This document shows positions 1 through 11,352 of a DNA stretch of 41,095 bases, piece after piece. Below the pieces are notes generated by a model that saw only the letters and a program-made list of their open reading frames with translations, was not told the origin of the DNA and did no database searches. Source of the DNA: Octopus bimaculoides (taxonomy: Eukaryota); the NCBI RefSeq assembly GCF_001194135.2, contig NC_068982.1:146202878-146243972 (forward strand), given 5' to 3'. A program made the translations under genes and the position numbers. Numbering within the stretch: position 1 is the stretch's first letter; each line of letters begins with the position of its first letter.

Positions 1-402
1 GTATGTTATATATATTTGTAAGTCCTGGTGTTTTTGTTATGTATTTGTCTGAATATTTTTTTTATTATACCTAAGGCACCTACTATGATAGGAAATGTTT
101 CTGTGTTTAGATTCCACATTCGAGTTACCTCTATTTCCAGGTCTTTGTATTTTTAAAGTTTTTCCATTTCTTTTAGAGAAACGTTGTCATCTGCTGATAT
201 TGATACATCAATTAGAAAGCATTTTTTTTCTTCATGATCTTTGACAACTATATCTGGTCTATTTGCCTTAATTTCTCTATCTGTGTGTATTGGCATATCC
301 CAGAGTATGGTTGCTTTCTCGTTTTCTGCGACCTTTTCTGGCGTGTTTATACCATCCTTTTTCTGTTGTTATTCCATAGTGTTGGCATAGCTTCCAGTAT
401 TA
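1..402 (-). mobile_element. R4/Dong-clade non-LTR retrotransposon, C-terminal restriction-like endonuclease fragment (decayed)
   Basis: Minus-strand translation across a frameshift and a stop gives YWKLCQHYGITTEK..PEKVAENEKATILWDMPIHTDREIKANRPDIVVKDHEEKKCFLIDVSISADDNVSLKEMEKL*KYKDLEIEVTRMWNLNTETFPIIVGALG. This matches the RPD..D-(D/E)xK endonuclease of the R4/Dong clade. Confidence 0.9.
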
Positions 403-923
403 TATATTTTTCACATTATTTTATTCGTATTGTTAAATTGATCTTTATTTTCATTTTATTTCCTTTATTTTAATATTAATTTTTTTATTTATCTTATTAT
501 ATTTATCACCCTTTATTATTATTTATTATTATTTTATGTTTGTATAAATTATCATAGTCTGATCAATTTTTATTAAATTCATTTTTATTAATTGTTTATT
601 AATATGTATTGTTTAATTTCGCTTATATTATTTTATGTTTATTTTCATATGTGCATATTACATATTTTAATAATTTTATATATGTTATATTTTTATATTT
701 TAGGAAAAATATTAACATACTCTCACACGCAAATAATTAAACATACTCTCATCTACTTTGTTTAAATGTCTCAGCTAGACAACGTGTAACTTCTTTAATG
801 CCTTTTCGCCCTGATGATATTCAACTAAAAATCTTCAATTGAGTGTGAATTTAAACAATTGTAGGCAATGTTAATTAATTAATAAATTAAGTTTATCCAT
901 TAAATATCTGCTTAATAATATAT

Positions 924-925
<2 letters not shown>

Positions 926-970
<45 letters not shown>
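926..970. repeat. (TG)n microsatellite
   Basis: Direct reading. Confidence 0.98.
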
Positions 971-971
<1 letters not shown>

Positions 972-1915
972 TATATAGCTAATACTGTATTTAAGGCAGA
1001 TCAAATCTTTTCATTTAACAGGAAAAACGGACAGTCTAGTCTCCTCGCATTTACAGTATATAGTTGTCATCAGCCCCTGTGTATGGATTGTTTGCTCTTA
1101 ATTCAGGCATGAAGGCAGCAGAAATCAAAACTAGTAATACATTAGACTTATTGGCTGTTAAAATTACTTAGTTATTTCCCGCTGTCTATATGTTCAATTT
1201 GAAAGCACACTGAATAAAACTTTGCCTATTTTTAATCGATATTCTTATTCAATATATAAGTAACGGCAAAATAAGTGTTTCGCTTCTATGGAGCTCATTA
1301 TTTCTCGACAATCCTCATATGTAAAGGACGTTTACATATCGATACTGTATTTTCTTTTAATATCTATTTCGTAATATAATCCATTATATAATATGAAATC
1401 TGAAGGAGGATCCGACAGTCTAGAGCTCAGTTTAATATATGAGATGCATGCTTAGAAATTCACACTTGTGTCTTATTAAAATTATACTTCTTAAACAAAC
1501 AATTCCAATTTTTATATATTTCTCAAATATCATTTTATAGTTAGTACGCTTGTACTGCTGCACTATGCAAGTCAGGGCAGCACGTATTTCTGAATTGATT
1601 ATATAACTTCTCTGTATGTTTATTAATCAAATGCAGAAACTACCTAACATCACAAACATATTCGATCATATATTATATATTCATTGATCTTGTAATCCTT
1701 GTCATTATATTAAGTACCTGTTTTTACATCAGCCACTCTGCTAATATTCAGAATCAGGCTGCGTATATAGCTCATTAATGCTCTATTTTCGTTTGAGTAT
1801 GAAAGCAGTCATATCGCATGAATTTTGTATTCAGTCAGCGATACGCATGTTATCTACTCACTACAATATCAAATATCCTTGACATGAATTTCTGAGAAAC
1901 GATATATTTCCCTAT

Positions 1916-1919
<4 letters not shown>

Positions 1920-1986
<67 letters not shown>

Positions 1987-2063
1987 NNNNNNNNNNNNNN
2001 NNNNNNNNNNNNNNNNNNNNNNNNNNNNNNNNNNNNNNNNNNNNNNNNNNNNNNNNNNNNNNN

Positions 2064-2108
<45 letters not shown>
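1920..2108. repeat. (CT)n and (CA)n microsatellites around an assembly gap (N 1987-2063)
   Basis: Direct reading. Confidence 0.97.
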
Positions 2109-2111
<3 letters not shown>

Positions 2112-2531
2112 TATTGTATATCAAATCCAAGCAGTTATATTTCATTTCTTCATCAGTATAATTGTCTCTCTCTCTCTCTATATATATGTGTGTGTATGTG
2201 TGTGTATATAAATATACATGTATGTATCTCTGCCTTTATGTCTCTCTCTATATATATCACTATATATTCGTTACGTCTATATTTATTGAGCTCACGTCGA
2301 TAGACCGCTAAAATAAAACAAATTAGCTACTGCATCTCTCCGTAGCTACAGAATTTGTCAAGTGTATACGAAGAGATTGGTTACACGTTTCTCTGGGTTT
2401 GGTTAAATGATACAGAAGTTCTGAAGAGAAACTAATGTTTCGAGAAGAGATTATGTCTGTTCATCAATTTGTTTTGTCAGTCTACGGTACAGAGGACTAT
2501 TTAAATTTGCCATGTTTGTATGTGTACAAGT

Positions 2532-2915
2532 GGAGGCGCAATAGCCCAGTGGTTCGGGCAGCGGACTCGCGGTCATAGAAACGCGGTTTCGATTCCCAGA
2601 CCAGCCGTTGTGAGCGTTTATTGAGTGAAAACACTTCAAGCTCCACGATGCTCCGACAGGGGGTGGTGGCGAACCCTGCTGTACTCTTCCACCACAACTT
2701 TCTCTCACTCTTACTTCCTGTTTCTGTTGTGCCTGTAATTCAAAGTGCCAGCTTTGTCACACTGTGTCACGCTGAATATCCCCGAGAGCTACGTTAAGGG
2801 TACACGTGTCTGTGGAGTGCTCAGCCACTTGCACGTTAATTTCACGAGCAGGCTGTTCCGTTGATCATATCAACTGAAACCCTCGACGTCGCAAGCGACG
2901 GAGTGCCAACGACAA
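2532..2915 (+). mobile_element. tRNA-derived SINE (family A), apparently full length
   Basis: Head GGAGGCGCAATAGCCCAGTGG...GGTTTCGATTCC carries Pol III A and B boxes. A ~250-bp body ends in the stem-loop GTCGC-AA-GCGAC, then GGAGTGCC and a short CAA-like tail. Confidence 0.88.
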
Positions 2916-3184
2916 TGTGTGGAATAAAGTTTTACACATATGTATGTGTGTGTTTCTGTATGTGTTTGTCTTCAGCAATAAGTAAGGTAAGTTTTGCTTT
3001 TGAATAATCTTAGTGTATTTCTTTTGCAGTACTTAATAAGATTTCAGAGTTGTTTAGAAATGATGACTGGTATTATATATCGTCCATTTATTCAAGGAAT
3101 TGCAGCACTTGCCAATGATGAAATGAAATGGTTTGGATTCTCGTAGTGTAATAAAGATGAAGATGAGCAGTTCCGTATAGCATA

Positions 3185-3404
3185 ATTTTGATTCCAAATT
3201 TTTGCACAAGGCCAAAGGTTTCATGGGAGTGGGCAATTCGATTAAACCGACCCCCAGCGTTCAAATGGTACTTGTTTTATCAACCCCAAAAGGATGAAAT
3301 ACAAAGACTACACCGGTGGAATTTCAACTCAAAATGTCAAGACAGACGAAACGCCGCTAAGCTTGTTACCTGGCATGCTAACGGTTCTGCCAGCACGCTG
3401 CCTT
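3185..3404 (-). mobile_element. tRNA-derived SINE (family B), diverged
   Basis: Reverse complement AAGGCAGCGTGCTGGCAGAACCGTTAGC...GAGTTGAAATTCC...TTTCATCCTTTTGGGGTTGATAAAACAAGTACC...GGCCTTGTGC aligns with the copies at 8250-8719 and 39233-39435. Confidence 0.85.
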
Positions 3405-3999
3405 TTGTATAGAATGATATTAATATTCTTTACATTTGATTTAGTGAAGAATGGCCCTTTAAGTGATATCTTATGAGCATCGTATGAAGTGTAGTTCCTC
3501 ACTATTTCAACCAAGCATACATTTATGTTGTACTGATATCTGTTTTATCTTTACCTTGTGTATAATTACATAAGCCTACATATTTACATTACATTCACGC
3601 ACGGGTACACATGCACTCACATGCACTCGCGCGCATACACACACATATATATTCACGTACGTGCTCGCTCTTCATCCGCTTTAATTTATCTTTTAATTCA
3701 AGGCAGGAATCATATTTGTAATTTTCAAATTTTCACAAAAGCTTTCCCAATATGTCGTGTATATAAACGTAAGTCGTATTAATTCAAACGAACTCTCCGA
3801 ATTAGTTTCTTTGTGCCAACAACACAGCATTCATATGGGAAAGAAAATATAAACCGTTAACTATATATTGCAATTCTGTACGCAGTGTCTTTTTAAACTT
3901 ACACTTTATTGCCTTGACTTTTTTTACTTTGATCTTTATATTTCATAGAACGCGTTCCAACATGAAATATATTCCGTAAAGTTAACTTAGTATAATATT

Positions 4000-4750
4000 C
4001 ATTTATCAGCTATTTCACTTTAGCATTGTATTTGTAGTTTGGTGTAAAAATGTTGATGTTTATGTACTAGAGTGGCTTCTTCGATTAATTTGAGAGAAAT
4101 ATGTCGCATGGATTTCCCAGAAATAATAGCTCAATCTCTTTCAAATAATTCCCCTGAGTTTATATTAGTGGAGTGACATGTTCCATACTGAACTTGTAAT
4201 TATAGATGCAGATGGGTGTTTACCATTAGTCCATTTTTGCATTGAAGACAGCTGTTTCAATTTCGCTATACGGGTTAAACAAACATTACTGCTCTTTTGG
4301 TCGAAACAAATCGGAGATCTGACTAATTGTATTCTGATTTAATCAAGTAAACTGCGGTTACTTTCGAATTATATTCTTCCGAGAAGAGGAAGGAATGGTA
4401 GTGATATGGAAATGAAGGTGTGTTGTGGTTGTGTTGGATTTACTTGCTATTTATTCTGTAAGTTTTAAGGATGGTCATTCATTCAGCAGATTTAAGGATG
4501 GTAGTACATTTCTTGGTTCTATTTCATTTAAGATGTAACTCTCCTCAATAAATTCTGAACCCAACAGGCAGTGATCTGCTACTCAGTTGGGTTTGTTGAC
4601 CGAATTGATCTATACTACCCACTCATGATGACTCTTTCACTGTTTCTATTGTTAGAGTGTGTAGCATCTTGAAAATTGGCTTGTTCGTTTATTTGTTTGG
4701 GCTCCTTCATTGTTACATCGTTTCAATAATTTTTTTTCCAAATTTCATTA
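4000..4750 (-). mobile_element. Possible heavily decayed Penelope-like element (thumb/GIY-YIG region)
   Basis: Only weak broken motifs on the minus strand (ISLPFL-like; YxYKFS-like). No continuous frame. Confidence 0.25.
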
Positions 4751-4849
4751 ACGTTACCATAAACGAATTTAAAAGATATATCAGACTTGTACAACCAATA
4801 TGGTAATTCAAGTAGCCTTAAGCAAGCAATCGAGGGTGGAAAAAATAAA

Positions 4850-6125
4850 TTTGGATGTATCACTGAAGGATATCCTTATATTATGCAAAAGAGAATGCCT
4901 GAGGAGGATGACCGAATCCAAAAGTGTATTCATTAATAGGTGAAGATGGAAAGTACACTTCTTTGACAGAAAAAAAAACGAGACCAAATGTAAGAACACA
5001 TAATGCCACGAAAATCTGAAGCAAAAATTCAAATCGCTCAACAATCCACTACCAAACAGGATCTTAGAACCATTCGTAGAAGAACTTTTTAATATAATCA
5101 AAAACATAAAATTTAAGAAGGCCTCAATGAAACGCAGAAAACACCAAAGGAAACTACATGCACTGCTTCAGACATGTAGGAATGCAACTGGAATATTAGT
5201 ACTTGTGGACGAATCAGGTAACCTCTACAATGTTAATATTAACACATACACCGAACTTATAACCAGGCAATTACACGGTAAATACAATCACACACTGCGC
5301 AATAGACTTGATAATATAAATAAGAAGGGACTCGAAATAGATAAGAAATTAGGTATACAAGATAGGACTAGACCTTACGCACCTATGACACCTAGAATAA
5401 GCCTAAAAGACCATATGGAAAACTTTCATGATAATTCAGTATGCCCGTGCAAATCAGATATAGGTAAAATTAACAAAGCAATAATAGATAGGATAATACC
5501 TAAATTAAAATGTCTAACCAACCTGAAATTGTGATCTAACACCGATGAAACCATCCCCTGATTTAAAACCTGGAGAACAAGACCAAGTTTGTACAGTTGT
5601 ACATGTCAAACTACTACCGGTCCATAAATACAATTTTACAAAACAAGGCGCTAATATTTGCCAAGACCAACTCCGGCCTAACTGGTGAAGAAATAGATAT
5701 AGTTTTAGCTACTAGAAATAATATAAGAGAATACGGAGGTAAGCTATAGACTCGATCGGATAGGCATATTCTTATTATCGCAAATAGAATATTGAATACA
5801 GAATATGGGGGGGGGAGGATTATATAGGGATGAATCACTGTTCTCTATACATAAAAGTAGCAAAGTAGAAAGTTGCAACAAAAAAGTCTTTAAATATTCT
5901 AAGCATTCTGTATTAGAAATTGAAATGGAAAAAAATCGCAAAGTGGTAAAATTCCTTGACGTAAAATTTAGCCTCATTGATGGGAAATTCGAACCATTCC
6001 ATATGCCAAAGGAGAACTTAAAATATGTGTGGTGCGGGTCTAATCACCCGGAACATATAGTGCGATGCATCCCAAGAAGCGTGTGTAATAGAATATGTAG
6101 AATATCAACGGATGAACACTGCTGG
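4850..6125 (+). mobile_element. Penelope-like element reverse transcriptase, decayed (Naiad-like)
   Basis: Broken frames give R*RWKVHFF, KFKSLNNPLPNRILEPFVEELFNIIKNIKF, VLVDESGNLYN (DKTxNLY equivalent), ISLKDHMENF...KSDIGKINKAIIDRI, YYRSINTILQNKALIFAK, GLYRDES (degenerate YRDD), VKFLDVKFSL and SNHPEHIVRCIP. The clade label comes from motif recall. Confidence 0.85.
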
Positions 6126-6126
6126 T

Positions 6127-7040
6127 CTTGATGATGAAATTTCATAAAGAATCAGCAGGGCTAGTAGTGCTTTTGGTAGGTTTGATAGGCGTCTGTGGAA
6201 ACAATATTATATATCTTCACAGATTAAAGTTAAGGTATATAACATATGCGTCCTTCCATCTTTGCTATATAGAAGTGAGGCATGGGTTGTTTACCTCAGG
6301 CAGGAAAGAAAATTGGAACGAATTCGAGGAGTGGCAGTAGAAGTATAGAGTCAATGATTTTGCAAAAACGTTTGAGGTGGGGGAACATTTGGTAAGGATG
6401 AGTGATGAGCGACTTCCCAAGCAGCTATTGTATGGTAAGCTGGAAGATGGCAGGAGACCAGGGCATAGGCCTAAAGTAAGGTTTAAAGATTGCCTTAAAA
6501 TGCTCTAATACAGACAGGAAGTGCAGCTGGTAATTGGGAGAGAGAGGCACAAGACCGTGATGGATGGAGGAAGATAGTGCATGATGGTTTTTCAAGGTTT
6601 GCGAGGGAGAGAGTGAAGTATGAGAGAATTAGGAAGGGGGCTTAGAAGGGGGAACCTGTGGAAAGTGAGAGAGTGTCGCTTTTGATGTGTGGGGTTTGTG
6701 GGCGGAGGCGTTTAAGTCATGCAGGCCTGGTTAACCATAAAAATTCTCATAGAAATCGACTCATGATAAACAATGATGTGGTTATTAAAATTCATAACAG
6801 AACGTGTGTAAAGTGTGGAAGGGTGTGCCTCTCGGCTGGAGGTCTACAAAGACATGTTAAGAGAGTGCATATGGTTACACATGTTTCTCCTGCCAGCCAG
6901 CACAGTTGTCTAATATGTAATAAAATGTGTAAGAGCTTGGCGGGCTTAAAAGTCATATAAGGGTATCACACGGCAACAATCATGAAACAGTAAGTGTTCT
7001 TGGCAATGGCTTTTCTCGTGTTACGAGGATGCAGCTGTGA
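6127..7040 (+). mobile_element. RTE-clade (BovB-like) LINE, 5'-truncated 3' end with three C2H2-type zinc fingers
   Basis: LDDEIS*RISRASSAFGRFDRRLW...KVKVYNICVLPSLLYRSEAW...RLRWGEHLVRMSDERLPKQLLYGKL...EREAQDRDGWRKIV, then CxxC..H..H fingers at 6688-6750, 6805-6870 and 6907-6971. A 3' hairpin CTCG-TGTTA-CGAG (7015-7027) is followed by a microsatellite tail. Confidence 0.9.
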
Positions 7041-7099
7041 TCTATCTATCTCTCTCTCTATCTCTCTATCTATTTGGCTACCTCTCTCTCTCTCGCTCG

Positions 7100-7139
<40 letters not shown>

Positions 7140-7150
7140 CAATTTATCTA
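7040..7150. repeat. Compound (TCTA)/(CT)/(TA) microsatellite
   Basis: Direct reading. It abuts the RTE 3' end. Confidence 0.93.
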
Positions 7151-7218
7151 TCTACACACAAGTTTGTAGACAAACACCTTTAATTCATTACATTTTACGT
7201 TATTCATGTATTTTATCA

Positions 7219-7330
7219 AAGGAGGGTAGCCTACCGATAAATCGTTTAGTGGTGTTACCTCCGTCTTTTTTCGCTCTCAGATCAAATCCCGTCAAGGCCC
7301 ACTTTGTCTTTCATCACTTCGGATCGGTGT
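7219..7330 (+). mobile_element. SINE family B 5' half, strongly decayed
   Basis: AAATCGTTTAG...CCGTCTTTTTTCGCTCTCAGATCAAATCCCGTCAAGGCCCACTTTGTCTTTCATC aligns loosely with the other B copies. Confidence 0.5.
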
Positions 7331-8249
7331 GATATTGTAGTGCGGTCCATGTCCATGACTAAGTCTCTCTCACTAAAATTTCAAGCTTTGTTCCAAAATT
7401 GGAGGCCTTTATTTATATTTCCCATAGAATGAATTTTCTAGGACAAATTTACTCAACTAAATTCTCTCGACTAAGAATGGAGTGCATCCTTGGAGGGCAA
7501 AAAATAAAAAAAATGTTTAAATAAATCAAACGCAATATCTTTCATGTCCTGATGTCATTGATGTTCCTGGTGTGGTAACATAATGTGTAACTAAACTTGT
7601 TTCAATCATGGAATTGGAAGTTTGTAGATTTTTCAAATTTACTTAAATATATTTTACTGTTTTATGTCATATAAAATTACAGAATATGCTATAACATAAT
7701 CTTAAAGTTATATATTGCATATTTTTTAACCAGTGTTAATGCCTTATATTTTCAAGTGGAATGAAATACAGTACCATAATGCCATACGTTGCTTAAAATC
7801 ACTGCTAATATAATTTAAGGAAAATGCCTGGTATCGAAATTAGTATGTTTGGAACTCAATCTGTTGTTGTGATTAAGTTTTATTCACCTGTAGAAATATA
7901 ATTATTGATAAAATTTCTGAATGTCTGAAATAAGTAATTATTGATAGAGTTATAATTTTCAGGCTATTAATACCATCTTTACTAGGGGTTTCTTTGTATG
8001 TGCTTTTGTCTGTCCGTTTCTCTACCCTGTACTCTCTCTCTCCCTCTCTTTTTCTCTACTCATTTTTCTCTTTCTCCTTCTCTCAACATACATATAAATA
8101 TACAATTACAGACATCACTAAATGTGTTTCTAATGTAATGAATAAGGAATAAATGACTCCTTTTTCCTGACACAAATGTCCATTCTTTGAATCCAATACT
8201 GTATTTTATAAACAACTTTGTTATTTTACTTTTGTTTTACTATTAATAT

Positions 8250-8719
8250 ATTCTTTTCTGCTCTAAGAATAAGGCTCGACATTTTTGGGGAGAGGGCTAG
8301 TCGATTAGATCGACGCAAATGGCACTTAGATTATCGACCCCAAAAGGATGAAAGCAAAGTCGACCTCGGCGGAATTTGAACTCAGAACATAAACAGAGAC
8401 GAAATACCAATTTCTTTATTGCCCACGGGAGGTGGGGCTAAACATAGAATGGTACAAAACAATTGATTGAGATCAATAATGCGATATGATTTACATAAAA
8501 TATGACTTTAAAAATTATATAAAATCGGATGATATTAACAGTACATAGACAACACAAATGAAGCGATGAACATGCCACGCTCCGAACCCACAAGCCCCGA
8601 TCTATCGCTGGTACCTTTTTTGTTCTCTTTTTTTCCCGTCTATTCACACGGTAGGGAAGACGAAATACCGTTAAGCATTTCGCCCGACGTGCTAAATTTT
8701 CTGCCAGCTCACCGCCCTT
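8250..8719 (-). mobile_element. SINE family B interrupted by a 249-bp insertion
   Basis: The head (8658-8719) and body (8250-8408) rejoin into a sequence collinear with the copy at 39233-39435 once 8409-8657 and one copy of the 12-bp direct repeat AGACGAAATACC (8397-8408, 8658-8669) are removed. Confidence 0.87.
8409..8657 (-). mobile_element. Short 3'-end fragment of a LINE (L1/Tx1-like 3' UTR) nested in the SINE
   Basis: Ends in ...CCCGTGGGCAATAAAGAAATT, similar to the Tx1 3' end at 20750-20772 (CCCTTGTGACAAATAAATGAAAT). Flanked by a 12-bp target-site duplication. Confidence 0.6.
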
Positions 8720-9411
8720 AACTACAAATATATTCACAAGTGTGTCCTTCATTAAAAAATTAACGTATTCTTTGAAGGATCTTTGGCTGATATTTTGTGT
8801 ACAAAGTATCATGTACAAAGCTGTTCCAGCATAATGTTGCTGCGAAATTACATGCTGGGTCATTGCATTTTTTTAAATTTTGAAACAAACATAGATGACT
8901 ACGATATGTTTGATGTATTTAAGTGGATTTCGCTTCTAGGTGTAATAGAATTTGAAAAATACAAATAATTTAAGCCCATTCTAAGAAATTCCTAATATTT
9001 CTATCATGCATTCAGCAAGTATTATAAGATTCTTGACATTTCAGGAATTTTTTGTTATCAGACCTCATGATAAATTCTCAAGTAAAAATAAATTACTTAA
9101 TTTATGACAACGTTTTCTCCGGTGATCACTTTCAGGACTATCTACTCAACGACCACCCGGAAGTAGATGAACTATAAGTTTAGATTTAAGAATATCCAGA
9201 ACATCACTGCCAACCAAACGACAGACCACGTGATTAGTAAATCTTGTACTCATCGAAAATTTGCAAAAGTGCGTATATTCCAATGATTGAAGTTGCTTCA
9301 ATTGTAACTAGATTTATGCATTTGGATGTCGATATTTTAGAATCCTTACTTCTAAACTGTCCTCAGATAACAAATAATTTGCCACTCTGATTAAAATATA
9401 TTGATCAATGA

Positions 9412-9472
9412 AAGGAGCACACAGTAGTTACCCATGCATCAAGGAGCATACAGTAGTTACCCATGCATCAAG
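9412..9472. repeat. 29-bp tandem duplication
   Basis: AAGGAGCAYACAGTAGTTACCCATGCATC twice, with one mismatch. Confidence 0.92.
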
Positions 9473-10404
9473 TGAAAACCGCGCGAGACGATATATTCGA
9501 TAACTGGGGTTGGATGAACAACAACCTCCTATTGTTTGATTATATTTGTAAAGATTTCGCGCAGAAACAGTTTTTAGTTTATTTCTGAAATAAATCTATT
9601 TACTTATTTTAGACAAGAAGTATTCAAAATCTTTTTATTTTGTACAAAATACTTATTATTCACTACTGCTAATACATTGTTATTTCCATTAGGCATAACT
9701 AAAATTGATGAGGATTTTCTAAGCTTCAGTTTATCTTTATCTTTGTATCCGTATGCTTTGTTTTCATTTTTTTGTGGTGTTACTCACTGTTGTACATTAA
9801 TAATTTTTACTTACATTCTTGTTTGTTTGTGGTGATAGCATTAATTTGCGGTTGAAAAGTTTTTCTGTCTTTACATGAAATCCACACTGGTCATTTAGTG
9901 GTACATTTGGATTTATATTTTATTTGTGGATTTCTCGACTCTTTCCCAGCGTTTTTGAACCAAGAGCTCGAGACCCACGTTCAACCATTTTTGTTCAAGT
10001 AATTCAAGCTTGCCCTCTTCATTAGACAAATTATCTATTTGCCAACAGAATTACCTTTTGCAAGAGTCATTCACCAACATCATCATTTTTGTCAAATGCT
10101 TGACCATATAAGTCTGTATGTTTTAAGAATTTTCTCATTTAATCTGGTTGATAGAATGGCTTCTTGCTTTGCTTTCTCAGCAAAACTGATGACTGTCTAT
10201 TGTACACGCTTCTATTGTTTTATTACTATGTGAAAAAGATAGAGCTAGAAAATATATTTATAATACAAGAAAGATACAAAAATTGAAGCCGGTACTGTGA
10301 GCATCACGAATATCTAACTCATAAGATTCTCGAGATTCGAGGAAGATTGAAGTTGCCAAAACTCAAGATAAAGTTTCTTGTATAGAGTTCATTTCGCACC
10401 AGCT

Positions 10405-10551
<147 letters not shown>

Positions 10552-10838
10552 ATCCATTCAAGAAGTGCAAACGATTGTCTTCACTGGTATGTCACATGTA
10601 TTGAGAAGAGCATTGTAGCTGAATTTTCTCTCCGTTTTCCCCCTTTATTTTCTTTGTTTACTTTTATATATTTTATTTTTTTCATTTTTTTTTCTCTCTG
10701 CCTTTCTTCCCCTTTCTCTATCACATGACTTTGTAAATTTTAATGGCCTACCAATGTATATAGTGAATTTCTCTGCCTTGGGTGTCAAGAAGACACTCGG
10801 CAAGAAATGGAAATAGAATTGAAAGATGATAAAGAAAA

Positions 10839-10840
<2 letters not shown>
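10552..10840 (+). mobile_element. R4/Dong-clade extreme 3' end (last ORF codons plus 3' UTR)
   Basis: IQEVQTIVFTGMSHVLRRAL* resembles the QKxxLxGTAHILRRxL* terminus of these elements. A pyrimidine-rich UTR runs into a (TAC/TAA)n tail. Confidence 0.68.
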
Positions 10841-11012
<172 letters not shown>

Positions 11013-11019
11013 GTTTTCA

Positions 11020-11352
11020 CTGCACTACATTTATTTCACGTTCACTCTTACCGGAGATCTTTAAACCATCCATATATAACAGGTGATTTAAATTCTCTCC
11101 ATTTTTCAAAGTGCGCACTGATGCCACTTTCTCTAATATCTGTGTGAGGGGTATCATTCAAATCACAAACGACAGGCAATCTCCCTCAAATATGCATCTC
11201 TTCATGTTAACCCTCACCAAATATTGTTTACATGGTGTTAACTCTTTTTTCCAGTTCTCCATTCATATCCCGACAAAATTTTAAACGTTATCAAAACACT
11301 GCACAAACTCAAGACTTTCTCAAAACTCAGAATGAGTGACCATGCCATACGC
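11020..11352 (-). mobile_element. R4/Dong-clade reverse transcriptase fragment
   Basis: Minus strand: AYGMVTHS (KAYDxVPHSW), VNMKRCIFEGDCLS (GIFQGDSLSP), MIPLTQILEK, LNHLLYMDGLKI (HLLYMDDLKL). Confidence 0.85.

Noticed and set aside
2532-2605. tRNA gene
   Set aside because: A and B boxes are present, but I could not fold a complete cloverleaf, and the sequence continues into a SINE body and tail.
2976-3150. Donor/acceptor pair (GTAAGT at 2987, TTTTGCAG at 3029) and a short ORF MMTGIIYRPFIQG
   Set aside because: The implied intron is only 43 nt, the peptide is unrecognised, and chance signals are likely.
6658-6960. Host C2H2 zinc-finger gene
   Set aside because: It is continuous with the RTE C-terminus, lacks TGEKP linkers and is followed by the RTE 3' end. 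It belongs to the retrotransposon.
9930-10200. Minus-strand peptide LSNEEGKLELLEQKW, reminiscent of the iGluR S2 helix
   Set aside because: Stops lie immediately upstream in frame, motif spacing is wrong, and there are no plausible splice sites.
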